Source of the DNA: an uncultured bacterium
GTDB lineage: Bacteria > Verrucomicrobiota > Kiritimatiellia > PWTM01
NCBI GenBank assembly: GCA_937139365.1
Contig: CAKZPT010000011.1
Coordinates: forward strand, 8,118 to 72,117
DNA: 64,000 nucleotides
Direction of reading: 5' to 3'
Within the stretch, counting starts at the first letter, position 1. Each line of letters starts with the position of its first letter. A program made the position numbers and the translations under genes. Of this stretch, positions 9,984 through 18,401 are shown in pieces. The notes beneath the pieces are model-generated. The model saw only the letters and a list, made by a program, of their open reading frames with translations, was not told the origin of the DNA and searched no databases.

Positions 9984-11408
9984 ATGGTTTCATGGCGGAC
10001 CATGGCGGCGGCCGCGGCGGTGGCGACGGCGTCCGCCGGAACGGAGCCCGACGCCGACCTGGGCCGCGCCGTCCGCGCGGCGCTGCGGCGGGCGGGCGAA
10101 TTCATGGTTTCCATTGCGACGGAGGGCGGCTATTCTGGGAGTATTCGGCCGACCTCAAGGTGCGGCGGGGGGAGGGCTTCGCGAAGGCCACGCGGATCTG
10201 GGTTCAGCCGCCCGGCACGCCGTCGGTCGGCATGGCCTTTCTGCGGGCCTGGCGGGCGCCCGGCGACGCATGGTTCCTTGAGGCGGCCGAGCGAACGGCG
10301 GATGCGTTGGCGCGGGGGCAACTGGCCTCGGGCGGTTGAGACTACTCGATCGATTTCGAGCCCGCCGCCTTCGCCCGCTGGCATCGCCGGTCCGACCTCG
10401 GCCGACTAGATCCCGCCGAGGCGCGCAGGCGGCGCAACTTGTCCACGTTGGACGACGACACCACGACATCCGCGCTGCGGTTTCTTCTCGAAATCGTCGG
10501 CGAGTTTCGGGGGCCGGACACCCTTCGCCGTAGGGGCATCCGGGAGGCGCTGGATCACGGACTGGCGCGGCTGGTGGAGGCGCAGTACCCGAACGGCGCC
10601 TGGCCGCAGCGGTTTTCGGGGCCGCCGGCCGACGCCGCCGGTCATGCGCGTCGCCCCGCGCGGTGGCCGGCCGAGCCTGTCCCCGCGTGGCGGGGGGGGA
10701 GGACTACGGCGGCCACTACACCCTGAACGACAACGTGCAGGCGGACGTGATCGGCACGTTGTTGGACGCCGCCCACGTTCGCGGCGACACCAACTTGCTG
10801 GCGGCGGCGCGCCGGGGCGGGGAGTTTCTCATCCTGGCGCAACATCCGGCGCCGCAACGCGCCTGGGCTCCACCGTACAACCGGGCGATGGAGCCGGCAT
10901 GGGCCCGGGCCTTTGAGCCGCCTGCGGTCGCGACGGCCGAAAGCGTCGGCGCAGCCTTCATCCTGATGCGGCTGTATCAGGAAACGGGGGACCGGGGTTC
11001 CTTGAGCCGATTCCCGCCTTCATCGAATGGTTGAAACGATCCGCAATCGGCCCGAACCGCTGGGCACGGTTTTACGAGCTGCAAACGAACCGACCGATTT
11101 ACGGCGACCGTGACGGACGGATCCACTACACCCTGGAGGAGATCAGTGAGGAACGGCGCACGGGGTATTCCTGGCAGGGCGAATACGGCGTGCGCGCCAT
11201 GATCGCCGAATACCGCCGTCTGGCGTCGGGCCAACTCCTTGCTCCGGCGGCCACGGCCGATCGGCGGGCCGTCCGCGCGGCGCTGGACGCATTGGACGCC
11301 TCCGGCCGCTGGAAAGACGGTTCGACGATTCGTTCGCAAACCTTCATCCGCCACATGGCGACGCTGTGCCGGTTTCTCGAGGCGAATGGCCGTAATGCGG
11401 CGCCCTGA
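9984..11408 (+). pseudogene. PL10 (PelA/Pel-15E-type) pectate lyase with three frameshifts and one nonsense codon
   Basis: Homology starts in the 9984 frame and shifts near 10130 into the frame of ORF 9692..10339. An in-frame TGA at 10337-10339 sits where GGW is expected; the same frame reopens and runs to 10726. A second shift occurs at the G8 run at 10692-10699, into the frame of 10663..11034. A third shift near 10990 leads into the frame of 11031..11408 (WARFYELQTNRPIYGDRDG...ERRTGYSW). Confidence 0.65.
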
Positions 11409-11528
11409 CGGGACGCGCCGATTCTCCCCTTGACCTTCGCAGATTTCAAAGGATGTTTTCACGAGCCATGAATCCGTTTATAGTTCGCGGCCGGCTCTCT
11501 TTAATGTCGAAGGAGATCGCGTCGACGA

Positions 11529-11873
11529 ATGCGCCGCACAATATGGCAGGGATTCACTCTGGCCTACGGCCTGGCTCCGGACCGGTTGGTCCTGGCGCTC
11601 TTCCGCCTGATCCCCCTTGCGTGGGTACGGTATTCGGACATCGCCTTCATCCGCCAGCGCACGGCCGACGACCTGCGCGAGGCTGTGTTTCCGGGGCGTT
11701 CCTGGTATTGGCCACACGGTTGGATCGCGGGACGGCCGGGGTTCGACCACGCCCCCTACGTGATCCGGACCCGGCGTCGCCGGCAGGTGATCCTCCGCCT
11801 TCGGCACAGTTTCCACTACCTGCTTCGCGAGCGGATGGGCGAGGCGCGTGCGGCCGCGCATGCGAATGTCTGA
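11529..11873 (+). CDS. Hypothetical protein (114 aa)
   Basis: Strong G/C third-position bias in this frame only. It is preceded by an unusually AT-rich ~100-bp stretch containing GAAGGAGA. I recognise no family. Confidence 0.5.
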   Translation: MRRTIWQGFTLAYGLAPDRLVLALFRLIPLAWVRYSDIAFIRQRTADDLREAVFPGRSWYWPHGWIAGRPGFDHAPYVIRTRRRRQVILRLRHSFHYLLRERMGEARAAAHANV

Positions 11874-11919
11874 CCGGCGCCGGCCGCCTTCGCGGGCCCG
11901 TGCCCATGGAGAATGGTCT

Positions 11920-12741
11920 ATGATCCCCACCGTGTCGCCGCGCCGCTGCGCGGACCTCCTTGCGGAAGTGCGAGCTCGCCGGCCGCTAATCCACAACATC
12001 ACGAACTACGTGGTGATGAACACCACCGCCAATACGCTGCTGGCGTTGGGCGCCTCGCCGATCATGGCTCATGCGCGCGAGGAGGTGGAGGAACTGGCCG
12101 CCGTGGCCGGCGCGCTCGTGCTGAACATCGGGACGTTGTCGCCGGACTGGATCGAGGCGATGGCGGCGGCGGGCCGGGTGGCGTCGCGACGCGGCATTCC
12201 GACGGTCCTGGACCCCGTGGGCGCGGGCGCGACGGGGCTCCGAACCGATGCGGCTCGACGGCTGCTTGCCGAGGTCCGCCCGGCGGTGGTGCGGGGCAAC
12301 CCCTCCGAGGTGTTGGCGGTCGCCGCCGCGGGCGTTGGCGGGAAGGGCGTGGATTCGACGCACACGGTGGACGAGGCCCGCCGGGCGGCGGTGGCCATCG
12401 CCCGGCGGGAGTCCTGCATCGTCGCCGTGACGGGAGCCGAGGATTTTGTCACCGACGGACGGGTGGGGGTTCGTGTGGCCAACGGCGATCCGTGGATGGC
12501 CCGAATCACGGGTTCGGGATGCGCGGCCACGGCCGTGACGGGCGCGTTTCTCGCCGTGACGGCGTCGGCCCTAGAGGCCGCGGCGGCTGCCCTGACGGTG
12601 TTCGGGTTGGCCGGCGAGCGGGCGGCGCACGGCTGCCCCGGGCCCGGCTCGTTCCAGGTACGGCTGCTCGACGAGCTGGCCGCCCTCGCACCGGACGATG
12701 TCGCGCGGGGGGCGCGGCTGGCGGTGGAGAGGGCGGAATGA
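11920..12741 (+). CDS. thiM: Hydroxyethylthiazole kinase
   Basis: PLIHNITNYVVMNTTANTLLALGASPIMA...VLNIGTL...VVRGNPSE...TGSGC are hallmark ThiM segments. Confidence 0.85.
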   Translation: MIPTVSPRRCADLLAEVRARRPLIHNITNYVVMNTTANTLLALGASPIMAHAREEVEELAAVAGALVLNIGTLSPDWIEAMAAAGRVASRRGIPTVLDPVGAGATGLRTDAARRLLAEVRPAVVRGNPSEVLAVAAAGVGGKGVDSTHTVDEARRAAVAIARRESCIVAVTGAEDFVTDGRVGVRVANGDPWMARITGSGCAATAVTGAFLAVTASALEAAAAALTVFGLAGERAAHGCPGPGSFQVRLLDELAALAPDDVARGARLAVERAE

Positions 12742-13409
12742 ACCGGCGCATTGACTGGACACTGTACCTCGTCACCGACCCGGGATTGGCGCGCGGGCGC
12801 CCGATGGGGGAGATCGTCCGCGCGGCGGTGGAGGGTGGCGTCACAGTGGTCCAGATCCGAGACAAGGGCGGAACGTCCCGCGCCCTCTACGAGGAGGCGC
12901 TCGAGATGCGCCGGCTGCTGGACGCCCTGAATCGCCCGCTGATCGTCAACGACCGGCTCGACATCGCCCTGGCCGTGGGCGCGGCCGGTGTGCACCTCGG
13001 CCAGGGCGACCTTCCCTGCGCGGCCGCCCGGCGGATCGCCGGGCGCAGGATGGTGATCGGCGTGTCCGTTTCCACGGTGGACGAGGCCGTGGCCGCGGAG
13101 AGGGACGGCGCCGATTACGTGAGCGTCAGTCCAGTCTTTCCGACGCCGACCAAGACGGATACCCCCGCGCCGGCGGGGCTGGCCGGCTTGCGTGCCATCC
13201 GCCTGAGCGTAGCATTGCCGGTGGTTGCCATCGGCGGAGCGAACGCCGGCAATGCCGCCGACCTGGTCGCGGCAGGGGCGGACGGGGTGGCGGTGGTGTC
13301 GGCGATCATGTCGGCGTCGGACCCGCGCGGCGCGGCCAAGGAGATTCTCCAGGCCATCCGGCGGGGGCGGGCCGTGGCGCGATGCGGGGCGGACAAGGAG
13401 CCCCAATGA
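12738..13409 (+). CDS. thiE: Thiamine-phosphate synthase
   Basis: LYLVTD, VVQIRDK, NDRLDIALAVGAAGVHLGQGD, ADYVSVSPVFPT, VAIGG. The ATG overlaps the thiM stop (ATGA at 12738-12741). Confidence 0.85.
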   Translation: MNRRIDWTLYLVTDPGLARGRPMGEIVRAAVEGGVTVVQIRDKGGTSRALYEEALEMRRLLDALNRPLIVNDRLDIALAVGAAGVHLGQGDLPCAAARRIAGRRMVIGVSVSTVDEAVAAERDGADYVSVSPVFPTPTKTDTPAPAGLAGLRAIRLSVALPVVAIGGANAGNAADLVAAGADGVAVVSAIMSASDPRGAAKEILQAIRRGRAVARCGADKEPQ

Positions 13410-14206
13410 ACCGCATGATGCAGAAGTGGGGGTGCGCTGCGGCGGTCGCCGTGGTGGCGGCTGGCTGCGGCCGGGTGGACGACGCGGAGGATCTGGCGGC
13501 CCGGGAGGAATTGCGGGCCCAACTGGCGCGCGTCGAGCGCCGCGTGACGGAATGCCAAGCCGAGATCGAAACGATGCGCCGGGAGCGGACGACCGACCTC
13601 AAGGCGGTGGTGCAGGACATGCTGCGGGCCGAGCTGGACAACCTGATCGCCACGACGGTTCAGGCGCGGGTGGAGGCAAAACTCGGCGACAAGGCTCAGG
13701 TGGACCGGCTGGTTCGCGAGACGGCCATGGAAACGATCCTCGCGCACGAGGCCCAGAAGGAGGCGGAGGCCAACGCGCGCCGGGAACAGGAGCGCCTCGA
13801 GCGCGAGCAACGCCGGGCCCAGTTCGAAGAGGAACGCTGGAACCGCCTGGCGCAGGAGTTGAAGCTCAACGAGCAGCAGAAGGAGCAGTTGCGCGCGGTC
13901 AGTCAAATGATCCGGCAGGAATTCGAGGCGGCGATGGCGCAGGTCCGCGAAACGGGACAGCCGCCGGATTTCGCCGCGGTGCGCCAGCGCGCGGCGGAAC
14001 TGAAGGCCAAGGTGGAGGCATCCCTGGCTCAGTTCATGACGGCGGAGCAGATCGAGGCCTACCGCACCCAGCCATTCAATGCGTTGCGCATGCTCGACGC
14101 GATGTCGGGCGAGGGGGGGGAGTTCCGGGGGTTCTTCATGCGCCGCGGAGAGCGGGGGGACCGCGACGGCGATCGCCGCGGACCGCCCGGGCCACCAGGT
14201 CGCTGA
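13406..14206 (+). CDS. Coiled-coil lipoprotein, hypothetical (weak Spy/CpxP-like LTxxQ character)
   Basis: Lipobox VVAAGC, long Glu/Arg/Gln-rich coiled-coil, LNEQQKEQL and MTAEQIEAY motifs, Gly/Arg/Pro-rich tail. The ATG overlaps the thiE stop (ATGA at 13406-13409). Confidence 0.6.
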   Translation: MNRMMQKWGCAAAVAVVAAGCGRVDDAEDLAAREELRAQLARVERRVTECQAEIETMRRERTTDLKAVVQDMLRAELDNLIATTVQARVEAKLGDKAQVDRLVRETAMETILAHEAQKEAEANARREQERLEREQRRAQFEEERWNRLAQELKLNEQQKEQLRAVSQMIRQEFEAAMAQVRETGQPPDFAAVRQRAAELKAKVEASLAQFMTAEQIEAYRTQPFNALRMLDAMSGEGGEFRGFFMRRGERGDRDGDRRGPPGPPGR

Positions 14207-14278
14207 CCCGGCCATCCATCGGGGAATCCCGGATCGGCCTCGGGACGGCGGCGGGCGGCGCGTTTCGTACCGGACGTC

Positions 14279-14674
14279 TCAATCGCCCCACACCAACGCG
14301 GCGAAGCGCCGTCCGTACACCAAAACACCGATCACGATCGCACACGCGATGGCGAGCAGAACGGCGCCCGCGGCGATGTCCTTGGCCCGCCCGATGCCGG
14401 GATGCGGGTCGGGGTACACGGCGTCGGCCATGTCTTCGAGCGCGGTGTTGACCGCCTCCGCCACGCCGACCAGCCCGATGGCCGCGAAGACCGACGCCCA
14501 CTCGGCGGCCGAAATCCGCATCGCCGCTCCGGCGCAGATGGCCATGCCGGCTAGCGCCGCAAACAACCGGGCATGGGGTTCGTCCGCCAGCCAGCGTCCC
14601 AGGCCCCGGGCGGCGTCGCGGAAGGCGGCGGCCAGCGACCGACGCGGGCCTTGGAGTGGCGAGCCACAAACCAC
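14279..14674 (-). CDS. dgkA: Diacylglycerol kinase family protein
   Basis: FRDAARGLGRW...RISAAEWASVFAAIGLVGVAEAVNTALEDMADAV...GRAKDIAAGAVLL matches the DgkA pattern (E..NTA.E). The GTG start at 14674 avoids overlap with the upstream OMP gene. Confidence 0.7.
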   Translation of the reverse strand: MVCGSPLQGPRRSLAAAFRDAARGLGRWLADEPHARLFAALAGMAICAGAAMRISAAEWASVFAAIGLVGVAEAVNTALEDMADAVYPDPHPGIGRAKDIAAGAVLLAIACAIVIGVLVYGRRFAALVWGD

Positions 14675-14744
14675 GTTGGTTTGGGATAGTAAGGGCCCCG
14701 GAACGTTGCCATTCCGGGGCCCTGCATGCTCCGGCCTTCCGGGA

Positions 14745-15323
14745 TCAGAACCGGAAAAGAATGCCGGCGTTGACGCCGAAGCCGCCGAAATCGCCTTCGT
14801 CGATTTCGACCGTCTCGTCATCGATGTCCACTTCCTCGACTTCAGCGACCAGGTACTTGACTTCCGCGAAGAGACCGAAGCTCTCGGACAGCATCAGCTC
14901 CGCGCCCGCTACCGCGAAGAACCCCCACACGTCCTCGGGATCGATGTCGGGCTCGAGGCTGTCGCCGACCGGCTCTTTGCTCTCGTATTCAGGGAATACG
15001 TAATACCCTGCACCCGCGCCGACGTAGAGGCGCAGCACTTCGCCCACCGGCAGCGTGAGGCGCAGATTGGCCTCGCCCGATGCCAGGTAGGAGTCCTCGG
15101 TTGCGGGATCGTCGCCGCCATAACCGGTCATCCCCTGGATGCGCAGTTCGAAGCCCAGATAGGGCGTACCCAGATCGGCCTGAAGCTTTAAGCCGCCGCC
15201 GTACCCGGCATCGTCGAAGTCCTTCATGTCGGCGTACGAACCGTACAATGCGAACCCTCCCCCGGCCATGGCCGCTGCGGAGGCCAGCGCGAACACGGTG
15301 ATCAATGCACGTATCTTTCTCAT
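14745..15323 (-). CDS. Outer-membrane beta-barrel protein (OmpA_membrane/OmpW-like small porin)
   Basis: Signal peptide MRKIRALITVFALASAAAMA, alternating amphipathic strands, C-terminal ...GVNAGILFRF ending in Phe. AAGGAG RBS. Confidence 0.75.
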   Translation of the reverse strand: MRKIRALITVFALASAAAMAGGGFALYGSYADMKDFDDAGYGGGLKLQADLGTPYLGFELRIQGMTGYGGDDPATEDSYLASGEANLRLTLPVGEVLRLYVGAGAGYYVFPEYESKEPVGDSLEPDIDPEDVWGFFAVAGAELMLSESFGLFAEVKYLVAEVEEVDIDDETVEIDEGDFGGFGVNAGILFRF

Positions 15324-15375
15324 TGCCGACTCCTTTCCCTCGTTTCCCACTCGTGGCGCCACCATGGCACCCCAT

Positions 15376-16476
15376 TCACGCGCTCAATCTAGTCGGTCGG
15401 ACGAAACCCTGCAAACCTCGTTTGCCCCGAATCGGTGGCGCCACCTGCGGTGGACCCGCGATGTCGTCGCCATGGCCGACGGGAAAGAGTTGGTGGTGGC
15501 CGTCGCCACGGTGCGAACGCCCCGCGATTTTGGAGCCGGCGGTGCCGCGCGCCGGTCCGGAAACGGCCGCGGAATCAACGGTGCCCTGTGGTCCGACGCG
15601 GCGGCGCGCCACTGACCTGGCCCATGAACCGCGCCGGCGAGACGCGAACACCCGCAGGAATACCCGGGAAAAGTGGAACGGGTCGCTGTAGCCGAGGTCG
15701 GCGGCCACCGCCTTGACCAACGCGTCGGGCATTCGCAGGCAACCGGCAGCGTGGGTCATGCGCAACCGCACCAGAAAGCGGTGAGGGGTCGTGCGGTCGC
15801 ACCGGCGAAACAGACGGCTCAGGTGGGCGGGGTCCACATGGCATTCCGCCGCGGCCTGACGGACGTTGCGAAGCCGCCGCCAGTTCTGCTCGATGTGTCG
15901 CCGGCACCGCTCATAGGTGGCGCGGGCGACGGAGTACGGCCGGAGGTCAGCGGCGTCGTCCGAGCTGGCGGCGCACTCGAGAACGATCTCCAGGGCCAGC
16001 CGGCCGAGCCGGTCACTGCGCCGGACCGCGCCCGGCGGCAAACCGCTTCGACGTAACAACGAAAGCGCGTCATGCCCCGTGAAGTCCGCAAAGTATTTCA
16101 CCAAAGTCCGTCGGGGATCGCTTGTGATGCAGTGGGGCACTCCGGGGCCGTACGAAAAGACGATCCCCGGCAGCAGCGGGGATCGACGCCGGCCCAGCCG
16201 GACTTCACCCGCCCCTGCGGCGACGAATTCCACGCAATAAAAGGGAAAGGTGCGGCGCTCGATCCGGTAGGTGGGGGCGCAATCCTCCACGCCGCCGCAC
16301 ACGACCGCTAGCCGGACCGACGGGGGCGGAGAGAGGTCCAGGACGAACCTGCGGCTCGACGTCACCTGTTGGGAAAAGAAATCGGGCAGGCCCTCCGACA
16401 TGCGCCCATCGTGGCACCGTCCCAGGAGCATGTCAGAAATGCGCATGCGTCCGTCAAGGGCCTTCATTGCCGTCAT
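15376..16476 (-). CDS. AraC/XylS-family transcriptional regulator with an apparent 1-nt frameshift near the 3' end
   Basis: Cupin-like N-terminal half and C-terminal double HTH (...AAECHVDPAHLSRLFRR...LGYSDPFHFSRVF). After about 15645 the ORF frame becomes Arg-rich filler running to 15376. The adjacent frame reads VSPARFMGQ..., the expected AraC ending, and stops at 15575. Confidence 0.65.
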   Translation of the reverse strand: MTAMKALDGRMRISDMLLGRCHDGRMSEGLPDFFSQQVTSSRRFVLDLSPPPSVRLAVVCGGVEDCAPTYRIERRTFPFYCVEFVAAGAGEVRLGRRRSPLLPGIVFSYGPGVPHCITSDPRRTLVKYFADFTGHDALSLLRRSGLPPGAVRRSDRLGRLALEIVLECAASSDDAADLRPYSVARATYERCRRHIEQNWRRLRNVRQAAAECHVDPAHLSRLFRRCDRTTPHRFLVRLRMTHAAGCLRMPDALVKAVAADLGYSDPFHFSRVFLRVFASRRRGSWARSVARRRVGPQGTVDSAAVSGPARGTAGSKIAGRSHRGDGHHQLFPVGHGDDIAGPPQVAPPIRGKRGLQGFVRPTRLSA

Positions 16477-16537
16477 GCCGCCGGCGTTGCATGATGGTGC
16501 GCGTACGTGACAGGGGAATCTATCAAAGGATGAGGAC

Positions 16538-17590
16538 ATGAACGGGATTCAGCGACCGACGGCGGCGACGATGCGGGCTCGGGAGGATCTGATCGTGGTC
16601 ACCGGCGCCGGCGGATTCATCGGCGGCGCGCTCGTGCGGTACTTTCAGCAGCAGGGATTCCGGCGGCTGCGGGCGGTCGACCGGAAACCGCTGGGGGACT
16701 GGTATCAGCGGGTGCCGGGGGTCGAGTCGCTGTGCCTCGACCTTCGCGACCCCGAGGCGTGCCGGCGCGCCTGCGAGGGGGCCGTCGAGGTGTATAACCT
16801 GGCGGCGGACATGGGGGGAATGGGCTTCATCGAGCGGTTTCGCGTGGAGTGCCTGCGCAGCATCCTGATCACGGTTCACATGCTCGAGGCCGCGCACCGC
16901 GCCGGCGCCGAACGGTACTTTTTCTCCTCCTCCGCCTGCGCATACAACGTCTTTCTTCAACAGGACCCGAACGTCCGTGCGCTGAAGGAATCGGACGCTT
17001 ATCCGGCGATGGCCGAGCGGGGCTACGGATGGGAGAAGCTGCTCTCCGAAATGTTCTGTCAGGAATACTGGGCCGAACGAGGGCTGAAGACCTTCATCGC
17101 TCGGTTTCACAACGTATATGGGCCGTGGGGCACCTGGGACGGCGGCCGCGAGAAGGCGCCCGCCGCGATCTGTCGGAAGGTGATCGAGGCGGTCGACCGC
17201 GGCGACCACCGTATCACCATCTGGGGCGACGGACGGCAGACGCGGAGCTTCATGTACATCGACGACTGCGTGAGGGGGATCGACATGATCATGCACGCCG
17301 AGGAGCTGATCGCGACGCCGATCAACCTGGGCTCGAGCGAACTGGTGTCGATCAACGACCTGGTCTCGATCGTCGAGGAGATCGCGGGTGTCCGGCTGGA
17401 GCGCAGCTACGATCCGTTGGCCCCTCGCGGCGTCGCCGGCCGCAACAGCGACAACACGTTCATCCGACAGGTGCTTGGCTGGGAGCCGTCCACGCCCCTC
17501 CGGCAGGGGCTGGAAGCGACCTACCGCTGGATCGAGCAGCAGTACCGTGACCGGAAGGCGGGGCGGCGCACGGTTCGGGACACGCTGTGA
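16538..17590 (+). CDS. GDP-mannose 3,5-epimerase (SDR superfamily)
   Basis: Near-colinear with plant/bacterial GME: VTGAGGFIG, NLAADMGGMGFI, FFSSSACAY, LKESDAYPA...YGWEKL, ARFHNVYGPWGTWDGGREKAPAA, WGDGRQTRSF, GVAGRNSDN. Confidence 0.85.
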   Translation: MNGIQRPTAATMRAREDLIVVTGAGGFIGGALVRYFQQQGFRRLRAVDRKPLGDWYQRVPGVESLCLDLRDPEACRRACEGAVEVYNLAADMGGMGFIERFRVECLRSILITVHMLEAAHRAGAERYFFSSSACAYNVFLQQDPNVRALKESDAYPAMAERGYGWEKLLSEMFCQEYWAERGLKTFIARFHNVYGPWGTWDGGREKAPAAICRKVIEAVDRGDHRITIWGDGRQTRSFMYIDDCVRGIDMIMHAEELIATPINLGSSELVSINDLVSIVEEIAGVRLERSYDPLAPRGVAGRNSDNTFIRQVLGWEPSTPLRQGLEATYRWIEQQYRDRKAGRRTVRDTL

Positions 17591-18384
17591 AGGCCGCCGG
17601 CCCTTTGCCCCCTTGGGGGCCCTGGCCGTACCGCGTCGCGCTGGCGGGAGGCTGGATCGACCAGCCGTTTGTTTCGGCCCTCAACCCGGAGCCGCCTGGC
17701 TCGATGGTAGTGGCGGGATTGGAGCCGACCTGCCCGTTCATGGAGCGCTGCGGCATCGCGACGGGTACGCGGCGGATAGCCGCAAGGCTATGGCCCTCCG
17801 GCGTGCCGGACGTGTTGGCAGACGTTGCCGTCCGAACGCTCTACGAGGCCGAGAACCGCGGCCGGACGGATCCGTCGGGTTCTCAAGGCATGATCGGGTT
17901 GATCCATCCCGGCATCCTCCGCCTTGATTACGACATCCGTCACGAGGGCGGCGTTTTCCCCGTGGGTATCGAGACGCTGCGGGACCGCGACTCGGAGGAC
18001 TGGCTGGAGCGTGTTCTGCACTTCGTGCCGGTGGCGCCGCGCCCGCCGGGCTACCACCCGCTGGGCGAACGACGGTTGACGCCCGGTTGGGTGTTGCGGC
18101 TGGGCCGTTCCGGGGTGCAATGTTACGAGGCGATCTGGCGTCGGGACTTGGTGGCGCTGGGAGATTCGTTCAACGAGTGCATGGCGTGCTGGGAGGCCTT
18201 GCTTCCCTGTACGGTGCGGCATCCGGCGCTGACGGTGGATTTGCTGGCCGTCTGGCGTCATTATCGGCAGCGGTATCCGGGCGCGATGTACTCGGGCTGC
18301 GGCGGCGGCTACCTTCTGGTGGCCTCCGAGTCGCCGGTGCCCGGGGGGGTTCACGCGACGCTTCGCCGCGCGACGGCGGGCTGA
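17587..18384 (+). CDS. GHMP-superfamily sugar kinase, fucokinase/HddA-like (short form)
   Basis: RVALAGGWIDQPF corresponds to the R(I/V)DLAGGWTDTPP entry motif of fucokinase-type GHMP kinases. GSQGMIGLIHPG corresponds to G.QDQ....GG. The C-terminal MYSGCGGGYLLV corresponds to GHMP_C SGAGGGGF. The GTG overlaps the GME stop (GTGA at 17587-17590). Confidence 0.55.
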   Translation: MKAAGPLPPWGPWPYRVALAGGWIDQPFVSALNPEPPGSMVVAGLEPTCPFMERCGIATGTRRIAARLWPSGVPDVLADVAVRTLYEAENRGRTDPSGSQGMIGLIHPGILRLDYDIRHEGGVFPVGIETLRDRDSEDWLERVLHFVPVAPRPPGYHPLGERRLTPGWVLRLGRSGVQCYEAIWRRDLVALGDSFNECMACWEALLPCTVRHPALTVDLLAVWRHYRQRYPGAMYSGCGGGYLLVASESPVPGGVHATLRRATAG

Positions 18385-18401
18385 GCGGGGGGAAGGATTC
18401 G

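Noticed and set aside
10337-10339. In-frame TGA as a possible sign of an alternative genetic code (TGA read as Trp or Gly) or selenocysteine
   Set aside because: TGA clearly terminates many well-defined genes here (proS, thiM, larB, uvrA, exbB, exbD and hisD among others), often within ATGA/GTGA overlaps. No SECIS-like context is apparent, and the same gene also carries three frameshifts. A TGG-to-TGA nonsense mutation in a pseudogene is the simpler explanation.
11409-11919. An expected TPP (THI-box) riboswitch upstream of thiM-thiE
   Set aside because: I found no CUGAGA / ACCUGAUCUGGAUAAUGCCAGC-type core. Most of the interval is taken up by a 114-codon ORF with strong GC3 bias.
11913-12737. 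The 498-aa ORF 11913..13409 suggesting a large ThiE fusion protein
   Set aside because: Its first 275 codons are an alternative frame over thiM (Gly/Arg filler). ThiE homology begins at the Met at 12738.
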